Source: Moniliella sp. 'wahieum'
Taxonomy: Eukaryota
Direction of reading: 5' to 3'
Assembly: GCA_003971905.1 (NCBI GenBank)
Contig: RSEE01000026.1
Span: 558,001 to 622,000 of the forward strand
DNA length: 64,000 nucleotides
Under the pieces are notes generated by a model, which saw only the letters and a list, made by a program, of their open reading frames with translations, was not told the origin of the DNA and did not search any database. This document shows positions 48,551 to 60,494 of the stretch, piece after piece (positions within the stretch are counted from its first letter, which is position 1; each line of letters starts with the position of its first letter). A program made the position numbers and the translations under genes.

Positions 48551-50170
48551 TTAGTTAGTCATGATGTAGCCGAGCCGATTGGAACTGGGCTTGAAGCTGG
48601 TCCAGCAGCACCCCATCTTGATCACGTGCGCTTGGAGCGAGGCAATCGTCGTCTGGAATTGGTCTTGCCTCGCTCCCATCTCCTCTTTTTCCTGCCTATC
48701 GTGCGACAGCTGGGCTTCCACCTGGACCAAGCGCACCGCCATCACGTCCACTTGGGCCTGGACTTCGTTCCACTCGGCCACCACCGCGTGCGACGGTACC
48801 TGGCCTTGGTCCTTGCGCCAGGCCAGCTTGCACTCTGCATCCTGCCCGTGCCGTCTTGACGCGCAATTGGTCCAGCATCAAGTTCACCTGCTCGGCTCTC
48901 CCGGCCACCTTGTCCGCCCGGGCCGTCGCCTGCTCACTGCGCTTTCGCCATCGTTCCGCTTCGGGACGTTGCGCCTCGTGGTGGGCTTTTGTCACTGGAC
49001 CAACTGAGCGCGCTCCGTGTGCCAAGCCGCCTACGCGACGGAATGCGCCTGCGCTTGTTCCGCCAGCACCTGGCAACGCGCTTGGTCGTGCTGCTGGAGC
49101 GCACGCGAATGCGCTGCGCTATAGCTCCATCACCAGCGTGGTACGGTACCTATTCTCGTGGTGCTGCAGGGCAGCGCCGTGCTGCTGCTGGAGCTGGTCC
49201 CGCCGCGCTACGGTTTCACCCTGGTGGGTTTGCGTCGCAGCCAACTCGGAGCGTCCATGGGCCAACTCCCGTTCCAGCCCACCGCGCATCTCGGTCCAGA
49301 CCCGCTCGGTCTCCTGCGCTTGCACCCGCACCTCGTCCCGCTCGGGCGGCAGTGGCAGTTGCACGGGTGTTGCCTCCTCCGTCTGGCCCACTTGGGCTTC
49401 CGCCGTGGCCAGGGTTGCAGACGTGCTCCCCACGGTCGATTTGACATGCGAAATTCACAGCGATTGGACGTCAAAGTGATCCGGGGGGCGCGATTGGTAG
49501 GCGTCTGAGGCTGGGTCGGCGTCGGGGGATTGTGGGATTGGGATTGGGATTGGTGGCGGGTATGGTTGTCGTGCGATGCTGCTTCTCCCTCTCTTCTTGT
49601 TCCTCTTCTTTGTTCCTCTCCAGCTGGAGGCAGGGAGATGGGTCAAGAACGATGGGCTGTCCGAGTACGCTGGTGCTCAGACTCCGCTTCATCCCACCGC
49701 CTAACGACGACACAACGCTACCCCGGGGCCCACGCCTCGTCCTGCGGCACTACTCCAATTGCTCGGACCCAAACGAGCCCGCTGCATCCGAACGCACCCA
49801 GTTGAACGGCCGAGGATGCGTGGTGGCCTCCTCTTATTCTTCCACTTGCCTTGAGTCTTACTCTTGCCCTTGTTCTTTTTGTTCTTGCTCCTGGTCTAGC
49901 GGCAGGAGGGCATCCAAGGTGTGCCAAATGTGGGTCAGATGGGCCAGACCCGAAGATACCTCGTCGTCATTCCACACGTCCCAATGGCTCGACTCGCTTG
50001 ACAGAGAAACCGAAAAGGCGCGGGGTTGGGGCTTGGATTCGAGCAGCGCTCGAGGGCCCAGGTGCGGAAAGCGGTAGACGAGCTGGGTGAGAACGTCGGT
50101 GGCCAAGTGGGAGAGCGGGCGAGTGGAAGAAGACTGGGGGGGGGGGGGGGGGGGCAGGCTATATGATTGG
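48551..50170 (-). CDS. Hypothetical coiled-coil protein (frameshifted)
   Basis: Joined fragments 'LSHLATDVLTQLVYRFP', 'ERVWTEMRGGLERELAHGRSEL', 'EAERWRKRSEQATARADKVAGRAEQVNLMLDQLR', 'EWNEVQAQVDVMAVRLVQVEAQL'. Start not identified. Confidence 0.5.
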
Positions 50171-50788
50171 GTGGTGATGTGGGGCGTGCTGCGGCAAAGC
50201 AGGCGGCAAAGAGGCGGCAGCCCTGTGGCGGTGCTCTGTGCGTGTGGCGCAGTGTGGGCGTGGGGGTGCCATGTGACATGTGACATGTGATGCAAGGGGT
50301 GGGACATGCATGACATGTGACATGTGACATGCGAGGGACGAACGATGATCGATGATTCATCCAGAGACCTACACGCACTGCACGAGTCCACCGCATGCAT
50401 CCACCACTGCGTCGGGGGAGGGCGGGCTGGTGCGGCGGGTGCGGCTGGGGCACCTGGGGGCACAGGCGTGACGCGTGAGATCTGAGAGGCGCACTCGCCG
50501 CACTGGCCCACACTGGCGCCGCGCCAGCGCACCGTGCTTCCGCGGCGGAACGGCAGCGGCGACGGGTGAGCGGGCAAGGGTGGCGGGGTGGGGGACGCGT
50601 GATGGGTGACGGGTGACGCGTGACGTCAAAAGCCGCACGACGACCACCACTTGGAAACAACCACCCCGGCCTTGCGGGGCGTCCACAGCATCTCGGCGCG
50701 CGTCTCCAGCACCACCGCCACCACCCCCGCCGCCCTCCTTTCCCATCGCCACCGCCTCCCGCCCTCCTCCTCCCAGCCCCGTCCCCGT

Positions 50789-53700
50789 ATGCGCCCCAGC
50801 CAGGCCGACCAACACCCCTCGGCCGGCATCTTCCCAGCGCGCGCAGGAGTGGGAGCGTGCGCGGGCGCGCGATTCCCAGAAGCGCACCGCCGCTTACCAC
50901 AGCATCTTTGGCCGCCCTGCCGCCGCCGCCTCTGCCCTTCCTCCAGCGTCAGCGCCCGCACCCGCGCCAACACCAGCACCAGCACCGGCCCCGCTGTCGC
51001 CCGCCTCGCTCCTCATCTATCTGCTCCTGGCCCGGCTCCTCGGCCTTTGCCCCAGCATCCCCGGCCTCTCCCATCCCCATCCCCAGCCCCAGCCCCCGCC
51101 ACAGTCTCTCCCTCACCTTCCCTCCCCCTTCCCCCCTGCCGCTCGTCCCTCACCGCGCCATCCGCGTCGCTTACTCAACCGGCCCCTCTGCCGCCACCCC
51201 CGCCACCTCTAACCCTGCCGCAGGTGGTACCATCCCTTCCTCTTCCCCCACCGGCACGCCTCTCGCGACTCCTCCTTCTATTTCTCGGACGAGGGTGCAA
51301 CTGCCCCCCCCTTTTCCTCCACCTCGCCCCCCCCTGCTCCCAGGCCACTGTGGTCGTCAAACGGCTCTGCACGTCCCCCCTCTCTCACCGCTGCTTGCGG
51401 CAATCCCGCCCCGACCCCTGTTGCCCCTCGCCTCGCCCCGACCTCGCTTCTCCTAGCCCCCCTGTGCAACCCGCATTGGCCCCGCCCCCGACCCCGCTGC
51501 CGCCCGCCAAGCCACCATCCGCAGCCCCCTCCGCAGCACCTGCGCTCAGCGGGCCCTTCTATTTGATGGGCCCCCTCCCCCACCCCTTCCCGCGATCGCG
51601 CCGCACTTTACCTACTCGCCCCCCTTTCCATCCCGCCGATCACCACCGGCATCAACGCCAACCCCGTCAGCGCCAGTGCCAGTGCCAGTGCCAGCACCAG
51701 TGCCAACGCCAACGTCCTAACCCATACCACCAGCACAGCCGCCTCTTCTCCCCCCACCCCGCAGGTATCCGCCTCGGCTAGCTCTGCCCACCCACACGAC
51801 CCTTCAAGTCCCCAAACCGGCAGCAGCCATCACTTCCCGCACCAGCCTATCCATGGGCCGTTGCCAGCCCAGGACGCGCTCAATTGCCCGAGTGGAAACA
51901 ACCCAATTTGCCATCACTCTCTTCGGCCCCTCCAACCCCGCCGCTTCCCGCTGGATTCACCGGTCTGGCCCAGCCGTCGGAAGAGCCAGAGACCATAGCC
52001 GAAGCACAGCCCGTGGTCACGACCCTTGGTTTTTTACCCGACCTCCTCCACTGCCGCCAGGCGCTCCCGCTTCTGCCACGCCCTCTCATCCTACCCCGTA
52101 CCACGCGGTGCGGGAGCCAGCAGCGCTCCCTCCTGATGGCTCCTCCCTTAGCTCGGCCAGTTTTCATCGCCCGCTCAAACGTCATGATACCGCCCCGCCC
52201 CCAATGGCCGACTCTGCCAACCAGCTGCACCCGGCACTTCTCAGTCGTATGGCCCGCGCGTTGCAAGTAAATCGTGCATGTACGGGAACGTGTCAAGGAC
52301 GGGTTAACATACAAGGATGCCTTTGACGGCTCGGAGGCTGTTGACGCGTTGGTCGCGCTCATTGGTCTCGGGCCCGACCCACTTGAAGGTGCACCTGGGA
52401 CAAACAAGAGCTCAAGTCATCGCAACTTGGCTCTCCTGGTCGGTCGCAGTCTCGAAAGCAAACGGTGTTCATCATGTCACCTATGACCGTCGACTCCGCG
52501 ACTCGGACAAGGAGCTGTACCAGTTCCGCGTCCGCGTCCCTGCGCCTACCTCGCGACGACGAGTCCGGCCACGCCGGACTCTCTCCCCGCACATGTATCT
52601 CCAGGATGACACGCCCGCCTCAGCGATGTATTCCGCCGATGGCGAATACGGGGTGGGAGACGAGGAGGAGGATGAGGAAGATGAGGATGAAGATGTGGAG
52701 TACGATGAAGATGGGACACCCTCTCTCGCACTTGCTTCTGCCACTGTCGAGCGCCGAACAGGACGAGACGGAGAATGACGGGTGTCTTTACCCACTAACG
52801 CAGTGCTATTCGCCCACCTGCTCCGATGAGCGGATCTGACTACTCCCTTTCCTGTCCACGTCGGTTAGCCCAGCAAGTGAGGAGAGATCATATGCTCCGC
52901 ACGCCCCATGACCAGACACCCATGGACCTCCACCTCAGCATCCTACCGCCTCCCATCCCCTCCGCGCTGCTTCCACTTCTTCCGGTGCTGGGCCAAGCGA
53001 TACGGACGATGCTGTGGTGGCTGCCGGGCGGAAGCCCGGGCCGACGGGGCATTGGCGGCAGCGGAAGGAACCTTGACATGGCCTCGCCTCCTGGAGAGGC
53101 ACCCAGTGCCGGCACCGCCGGGCGCCGAGCGCACCCGCCTCTTCATGCTGGCCAGGAGGAAGAGGACGATCCAGATATCCGCCGGATGGCGCCGGGTGCG
53201 TTATGGGCGGACCGGGTGAGCGAGCAAGTGCTGGCCAGCGTCGACAACAAGGAGCGCAAGCGGCAAGAACTGATCAACGAGGTAGTCAATACTGAGTGTG
53301 ACTTTGTGCACGACCTGGAATATTTGCGGGACAAGTGGATGCACCTCTGCTGCGGGCCAGCTCGGTGTTGCCCGGCTCGGCGGAGCGGAGGAGTGAGTTT
53401 GTCAGGCAAGTGTTTTGGAATATTGAAGAGATCCTGGAGGTCAACAAGCCTCTGTCGGAGGCCTTGGTGCGGCGTCAGGCCCAGCAAGACGTTGTGCAGC
53501 ACATTGGCGATCTCTTCCTTGCCCATGTTCCCTTGTTTGCTCCCTTTGTCCGCTATGGCGCCCATCAGCTGTATGGCAAGTACGAGTTTGAAAAGGAAAG
53601 GCAGAGAACAGCAAGTTTGCCCGGTTTGTTGATGTACGCATTTCCCTCCGCTACGGTACTTGTGTGGCTACTACAGGCCCCAACTGACCTTTATGCTTTA

Positions 53701-56700
53701 TTGTTTTTTCTTTGGTCCCGCGCTTAGGAAGTTGAACGCCAACCCGAGTCAAGGCGATTGGAGTGAATGGTACCTAACCAAGCCGACGACGCGTTGGCAC
53801 GGTATCCTCTTCTGTTAGGCCAGGTGATCAAGTACACCAAAGAGGGCGACTCGGACAGAGAAGCATTAGAGGAGGTGATCAAGAAGGTCAAACAGTTCCT
53901 TTCCAAGGTCAACGAGGAGACGGGCAAGAGTGAGAACCGGTTTCAAATGACCAATTTGTCCGACCTACTCATCTTCAAGGGGGAGGTGGATCTCCGTCTC
54001 AAGGAGGATGGGCGAGAACTCGTGTTCAAAGGGCCGCTCAAGCGAGGGGAGGCAGCGGACAAGGCGAGACAGCCGAACAAGCCTACCTGTTTGACCATGC
54101 GTTTGTGGTGGTCAAACCCAAGATTGTCCACAAGATGGACATTCTCAAAGTCAACCGGCGCCCATCCCGTTGGAATTGTTAGTCTGCACCATCTACGAGG
54201 ACATCCCCTTGCCCTCATCGGGAGGGGGAACGGGCAAGCCGTCCGGCAAGCTCAAGACGCTCACCACCCGCATGAGTACCGGCAGCCGGCTCACCTCAGT
54301 CTGGCTGCAGGCGTTGGACCCAAACAGGATGCCAAGATCGGTTTCCCACTCCGCTTTACTTACCTGGGCCGCAAGGGCTACTCGATGACTCTGGGCCTCG
54401 ACCTATGTCGGACGCAAAAAGTGGTTTGAGCATGTGGATGAGGCCCAAAGCAAGCTTCGCAAGCGCAGCAACATCTTTGACACCATGCCGTTGGGGCCTA
54501 TCGCTGCCTTTACCCCACCTCCTCCGGCCACGCCTGCGCCCTCCTCGGCCCATGCGCGTAAGCCACCACCTGCCGAGCCAGAGCGAGAGGTGCAGCCAAC
54601 CTGCTGCGTTCCCTTTGACTTTGGCCGCCGCGTCATCTATGGCAGCAACAATGGAGTGTTTCTTTCCGAACTTCGCAAGGACGCCCGCGCCCCGACCAGG
54701 TCCTGGGTCTGCGCGACGTGACCCAGATCGAGGTTCTGGAGGAGTACCAGATCTTGCTCGTCTTGGCCGACAAGACGCTTTGGACTTTCACCCTCGACGC
54801 CCTCGACCCAACACGGCCGAAAGAGTCGCTCCGGCTCGGCCGACGGATCAAGGCACGGTGCACTTTTTCTGTGTTGGCAGCGTCAATGATAAGATGCTTG
54901 TCTGCGCTGTCAAGTCCAGCACCGTCTCGTCCACCATCCGTCTGTTTGAGCCGCTGGATACCAGGCAACGGGCACGCGGCTCCCGTCGGCGGCCCGTCAG
55001 TCTCCAGTGGACCGGCGGCCAAGCGAAAGGTCAAGATGCCTTGCGGATCTTTAAGGACTTTTATGTTTCCACCGAATCGTCCAGCGCCGTTTTTCTGAAG
55101 AACCGGCTGTGTCTCAGCTGCGCCAAAGGGTTCGAGATTGTTGATATCGACACGCTCGATACCCAGGGCATCCTCGACTCGACCGACCCCAAGCTGGAGT
55201 TTTTGACACGCAAAGAGCTGACGGCTCATCCGTTGGCTATGTACCTGGTCCATGGCGAATTCTTGTTGTGCTACGCCGAGTTTGCCTTTTGTCAATCGGT
55301 TTGGCCGTCGTTCGCGGCCCGAGTGGGCGGTCGCATGGGAAGGCCAGCCCGTGTCGTTTGCGCTCTCCTATCCCTTCCTCTTGGCCTTTGACTCGAACTT
55401 TGTTGAGGTCCGCCACGTCAAGACGGGCGCACTGCACCAGATCCTCACTGGCACTCGCTTGCGATGTCTGTTTGCTGATCCCACACCGTATGTGCCATCG
55501 AAAAAGGACCTGCAAGCCCAGCAGCAACACCATCGCGACCCTCCTCACCCTGCCCCTCTCGGCCAGCCGCAGGCCACGGACACATGTCCCGGCCCTCAGA
55601 CGCATCCATTGCCTCGACCGCTAGCACGCTGCCCCCCAACGCTTGCCTTCCTCCCGCCCTGTCACCCCAGCTCGCACTTCCCTTTCCATGGCCCCCGCTG
55701 CGCCCGGCGCTCTGCCTGCCGGAATGAGCATGACCCAGTACCGCCTCCCGCCGGGCCCCGGCCCCGCATCAGCTCAAGCACCCAACCCGGGCGGATACGG
55801 TGCGCCAATGCCCCACCCTGGGCCCAACGGTGCTCCGCCTGGCCGTCCGCACCCGATGCAAGTGAGCATGGTGCCCTATGCATTTAACCAAGCGCACACT
55901 GCGGCGCCCGTCAAGCCGGCGAGTGGGCACAGTCCCATGTGGGAAAGTGCATTTGCTTCGCGCAACAACATCCTTCTTCAGGGCGACAATACGATCTATG
56001 CTCTTCGTCCTGCCAGCGGCGGCATGGGGTTGCTGGAACCACTGACGCTGGCGCACCATTCGGGGCCTCCGCCGGGCCAGCCCTTCCGTCCCACAGGTCC
56101 GCCCAGCCCAAACTTCCCGACGTTCCCCAGTCTGCGCTCTGTTCCACCGGGCATGCCTGCCGCGCTGCCTCCGGGCGTGTCTCCGGGCGTACCTCTGGGC
56201 GCAGGACGGATGGGCGGACCAGGACCCCAACCAGGTGCACAGCCGCCGGGAATGCCGCCTCTTTCTCGGCCCGTGTACCCTCCCGCATACCATGGCCCAG
56301 GCACGGCGTACCCTGTGCCGCCATCGATGTCGGGGCCAGGTGGGCCTGTGCCTGGGCCCGGTCCCGGTCCCGGTTCCGGTCCCGTGGCTGGCATACCGCG
56401 TTACCCGTCTACCCCCCACCCGGACCAGGCTACCCTTTCGTCCCTGGCTTTCCCCCCAATTCAGGCGGGACGATGCGTCCAATGCCGATGGCCATGGCGC
56501 CCTCGCTTCCCCCTGGTGGGACACCTAACTTCGCACCGGGCATGTCCGCTGCCATGCCAGCACCACTGATGCAGCAACCTTTGGGCTTGCCCCACGGCCG
56601 TCCGAGCTCGGTCGTAAGTACCTTCGCTCCTGCCCCGCGCCCGCGCCACGGCTACGCCCACGCCGCGCTGGCCTGACGGACTGGGACCGGGACCGTGGAA

Positions 56701-56812
56701 CGCAGCGGGCATACCGGCTTCCTTGACCCTGGCTCGGTACTCGGTTCCTGCGCCCGGGCCTGGACCTGGGCCCGGACCGGGACCGGGACAGGGACCAGGC
56801 ACCGGGAGCTAG
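50789..56812 (+). CDS. ROM2: Rho1 GEF of Rom1/Rom2/Rgf type (DEP-DH-PH-CNH)
   Basis: DEP 'RVKDGLTYKDAFDGSEAVD..RNLALLVGRSL...HVTYDRRLRDS..ELYQF'; 'LTQCYSPTCS....YSLSCPRR'; DH 'ERKRQELINEVVNTE.DFV.DLEYLRD' and 'LARYPLLL'; CNH 'VPFDFGRRVIYG' and 'KGFEIVD..TLDTQ.ILD'. Pro-rich termini; many indels; stop uncertain (56676 or 56812). Confidence 0.9.
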
Positions 56813-57491
56813 CTTGCTCCCGAAGTACACCAATGGAGCTACGTCTGGGACCTGGTGCGTGAGGGCATGCCCCGTCCCGCGTCCTGCCCTTGCTCTCTCC
56901 TCGCTTTGCCTTGTTTGCGTTGCGTTGCTTTGCTTTGCTTTGCTTTCCGTTCCCTTCCCCCCTTTTTGCCCCTCCCTTTCCCTCATCTTTGCTTTTTGTT
57001 GCCATCTTGGGCTGCACCTTGGGGTCGGCGCCCAGGACGGACTGGATACCATGCTTTTGAACCTGTTCCTTAGATCTCTCCACCTAGTGCTCTTGGGCCT
57101 GGCAGTGGGGTCCCCTACCTCAGCGATGCCTCTCTATCACCTCGGTATCGGTCTTGTCCATCAGCATAGTCTGCTCAAAGACTCTTGACGCTGTCAACGG
57201 CGCGGACAGCAGCGACTAGTGATTAGGTAGATAGTTACACCTGGGCCACTCCTGTATACAGAGATGGTTCCCTTAGACAATGCATCCATTCCTGTTCCTC
57301 ACTGGCATCAGGCTTAGCTAGCTCTCAACGTGTCGACTTTGGACAAACTGACAACTACAACAACCACTTGCACTCACGAACCAGGACAAATGTGGAGAGG
57401 AATGTAATGGGCCTTCGGCCGAAACGGCGACGGAAACAATCCATAACCTCAAAAGAAACAAAGAAGGAACGAGCATCAAACAATGACGAGG

Positions 57492-58154
57492 TTACTGCTG
57501 CGCAGCAGCACGCTGGTGGAGCTTCAGGTTCTGAACGAGCGGGCCGTGGTGGTTGACAAACTGGAGGTAGCAACCGTCCTTGATGATCCGGTTCTCAGCC
57601 ATGGCCTGGGTGAACTGAGTGCGGTCCAACTGGGTAAAGCCCCACTTCTTGGACACAATGATCTTCTGGCGACCGGCGAACTTGTACCGCGAGCGACGCA
57701 GCGCCTCGAGCACAGCAGCCTTGTTGCTGTCCTTGCAGCGGATCGAGATGAGCACCTGGCCAATGTCGACACGGGCGACCGTGTCGTAGGGCTTGCCCCA
57801 GGCACCACGCATACCCGTCTGCAGACGGTCAGCGCCGGCGCACGAGAGCATCTTGTTGATACGGATCACGTGGAAGGGGTGCACACGGATGCGCATGTGG
57901 AACGCATCCTTGCCGGCCGTCTTGACCATGTACTTGTTGGCGCAGATACGCGCAGCCTCGAGCGCCTCCGAGGTGATCTGCTGGTGCTCGTCGCACACCA
58001 TGTGCGCGCAGAAGGGGAAGTCATCCACCGACGCACGCTTGCGGCCCAAGTCAAAGATGCGGATCTTGGGCTCGGGCACACCACGGTTGTAGCGCGACTT
58101 GGGGTAGGGCTTGTTCTTGCAGTAGCGGTAGCAACGCGCAGGACGACGACCCAT
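57492..58154 (-). CDS. RPL10: 60S ribosomal protein L10 (uL16), intronless
   Basis: Intact ORF '[36 protein letters not shown]...[24 protein letters not shown]'. Confidence 0.99.
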   Translation of the reverse strand: MGRRPARCYRYCKNKPYPKSRYNRGVPEPKIRIFDLGRKRASVDDFPFCAHMVCDEHQQITSEALEAARICANKYMVKTAGKDAFHMRIRVHPFHVIRINKMLSCAGADRLQTGMRGAWGKPYDTVARVDIGQVLISIRCKDSNKAAVLEALRRSRYKFAGRQKIIVSKKWGFTQLDRTQFTQAMAENRIIKDGCYLQFVNHHGPLVQNLKLHQRAAAQQ

Positions 58155-59255
58155 GGTGAACAGACAACGAAACCGGTGGTGGTGGGGGTGGCAAAACGCG
58201 ACGAACCGCTGCGCTTCAAAAGGCGCCCGCCCCTCCCAGCCCGCCAGCGCCTCGGCACACCGGACGGCGGGGACCAAGCGCCGCGCGACAACCCTAGTGC
58301 AGCCCATGAGTTACACTGGCGCTGTGCGAGGGCGCAATAAAATCGGCGGAGCTCCCCGACCGTCCGTCTTACCTCCGAGCCGCTTCGGTCGTAAGGCATA
58401 GGAGCCTGGGACAACGCCATTGCGTCATTGATCACGCATCGTTCACCATGCATCCCATGACTCGACAGGAATTGAAATTGCACTGGCACGCCGGGGCACA
58501 GAAACAGCAATCTGTGACGCACTGGCTGCCGAGAGGTCGCAATTAGGCCTGAGGCTCAGGCCTGAGGGAGAACAAGGTTATGTGCGCTACGCGATCCGCG
58601 TGGAGCGCAGAGGTGTGCTCGTGAGCAGGCAGGATGCAGCCGCAGAGAAGGGGACGAGATGGGGTGCACACACACACCTTATGTAGGTGCATACGGGCCC
58701 ACTGTTACCAAACCGTGTGCGCTTAAACATCACCTTCTCATCCCACGTGGGGAAGAGAAAGAGGACCACGGCTCGTCCCTGCTCCTTCGTCTTACGGGCC
58801 AGTGTGTAAAGGTATCGAGGAAGCCGGCATGAGGTGGTCAATCACGGTGTTGCCATGAACGTAACGCCGCCCCCGCTGGTGCAGCAAGGTATCGGGGCGT
58901 GATGAACGGCGCAGGGTAAGTACGCTGTGTGAGTTTTGGTTTTGGTTTGAGGGTTGTAAGTTGTGGGATGCAGGCTGGGGTGTGGGCCCCCAGTCGTGCG
59001 CGAGGTCTGTGCGCACAGTGTGGTCTCTTGCCGATGGATCGGGGCAGCGAGGGAATGTGGTGAGGCTGGGTCGTCCTCGCGCGGCTTCCCTCTCATCGGT
59101 GCGCCTAGTCCGTTCCCCCCCTTGCCCTGCTCTTGCACGTTATGATCTACCTGTGGGCCAATTGGTGAGAAGGTGCAGTACGGACGGTACGGATTGCATG
59201 GCAGCTGCTACGCGAGAGCATCGAGAAGTTGGTGGTAATGCAATTAATGGTGAGC

Positions 59256-60162
59256 TTAAGATGGTGGGGCAGCGCAGATGTCTCGATGAGCTGGACGATC
59301 ATGGTAGCCTGAGGCAGGCCCTGGACCATCCTCGGGCGCAATGTGCGCAGGTACATGATGACGGACAAGGCGTAATGGGGGGCTAGGGTGCGAGCCTCGT
59401 CGGGCGAGTAGCCGCCGGTAAAGGTGTCGAGGGCCAACAAGCCCGCAATCACCGTTCCTTTCGTCCCAGGCCGGCAGAACAGTGGATCCAGATTGGGGGT
59501 GGCTGGGCTTGGTCGTGGGACGAGAGGAGGGTGGGGTGCAAGGCGCGGATAAAGGTGAGGAGACTGAGGTAGCGGTCTGCTTCTGCCGCACCCAAGTCGG
59601 GCCAGAAGTGACATGCAACTGTGTCAGTTCGTACGGCGGCTGGCCGGTGGCTTTCGCGAGGGTGAAACGGAGCCGCCGTTGGGTCACCTCCCACCCAGGA
59701 ACAGACGGTTGAGTAACGGCTTCCACCGTTACCGTCCACGCGTCTGTCCGAAGTGCTGCGCCCTTGGTAGGCCAGTAATCGTCCGCCTTGACAACTCCAT
59801 TTTCGACGCTTTGGGTTAAGTTGACGAGGAGCTTGGTGCGGTCCTGCACCAGGCTATTGACAAATGTGGTGAATGTCCATGGGAGCGGGGCTGGCTGGCC
59901 ACATACACTTGCTTGCTCCGCGTCGCATCTGGGATGGGAGGAATGCGGGTGGCGTTAAGGTAGCCTCCTTCGGGGGCTGGACGAGCGCGTGGTCGTACCC
60001 AAACGCGTTGATCCACCGGTTCAGGCCCCCTGCGGTGGCCACCTCAGCAGCGTGGGTGCTAAACGCGGGATCGGCGTTGGCCATGCGCTGGCTGTCGAGC
60101 TGATCGAGCATGCGGAACTGCTGCTCGAACGTGGGCGTCTCCCGGCCGAGGGGTGCACCCAT
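59256..60162 (-). CDS. Classical protein tyrosine phosphatase
   Basis: 'LNRW' (NRY-like), 'YLNAT', 'YVASQ.P', 'LVNLT..VENG..KADDYWP', 'WPDLG', signature 'IHCSAGLGR.GT', 'LRTLRPRMVQ'. Stop could be 59147. Confidence 0.88.
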
Positions 60163-60494
60163 GGTGGTGGTGGTGGTGTGATTGTGGTGGTGGCTGCGGT
60201 GGATTAACGATCCGGATGTGATGGGCTGCGCGTGTCTCAGCCCATCCCCTGCGGATCAGCTTCTTACGTTGCAATTTCAACCCAAGCGCCCCACCACACC
60301 GCGCCCATGCCCCGCCTTCCGCATTTCGCATTTCAACATTCAACTCATTCAACACATGTCCCTCCTCCCTCGCGAGCACCGCCTACACAACTACACAAAC
60401 TACACACCCAACTTCCTATTCCATCGCGTCCATTCATAGCCGGCCAGATACCAACGCAACCGAGACCCGCCGCCTGTTGCGGTGCTCACCTCAC

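Noticed and set aside
57483..58340. Long antisense ORFs (opposite RPL10, IPP1, the SDR, CMK1 and others)
   Set aside because: Expected shadow ORFs from GC3-biased codon usage; no recognisable domains.
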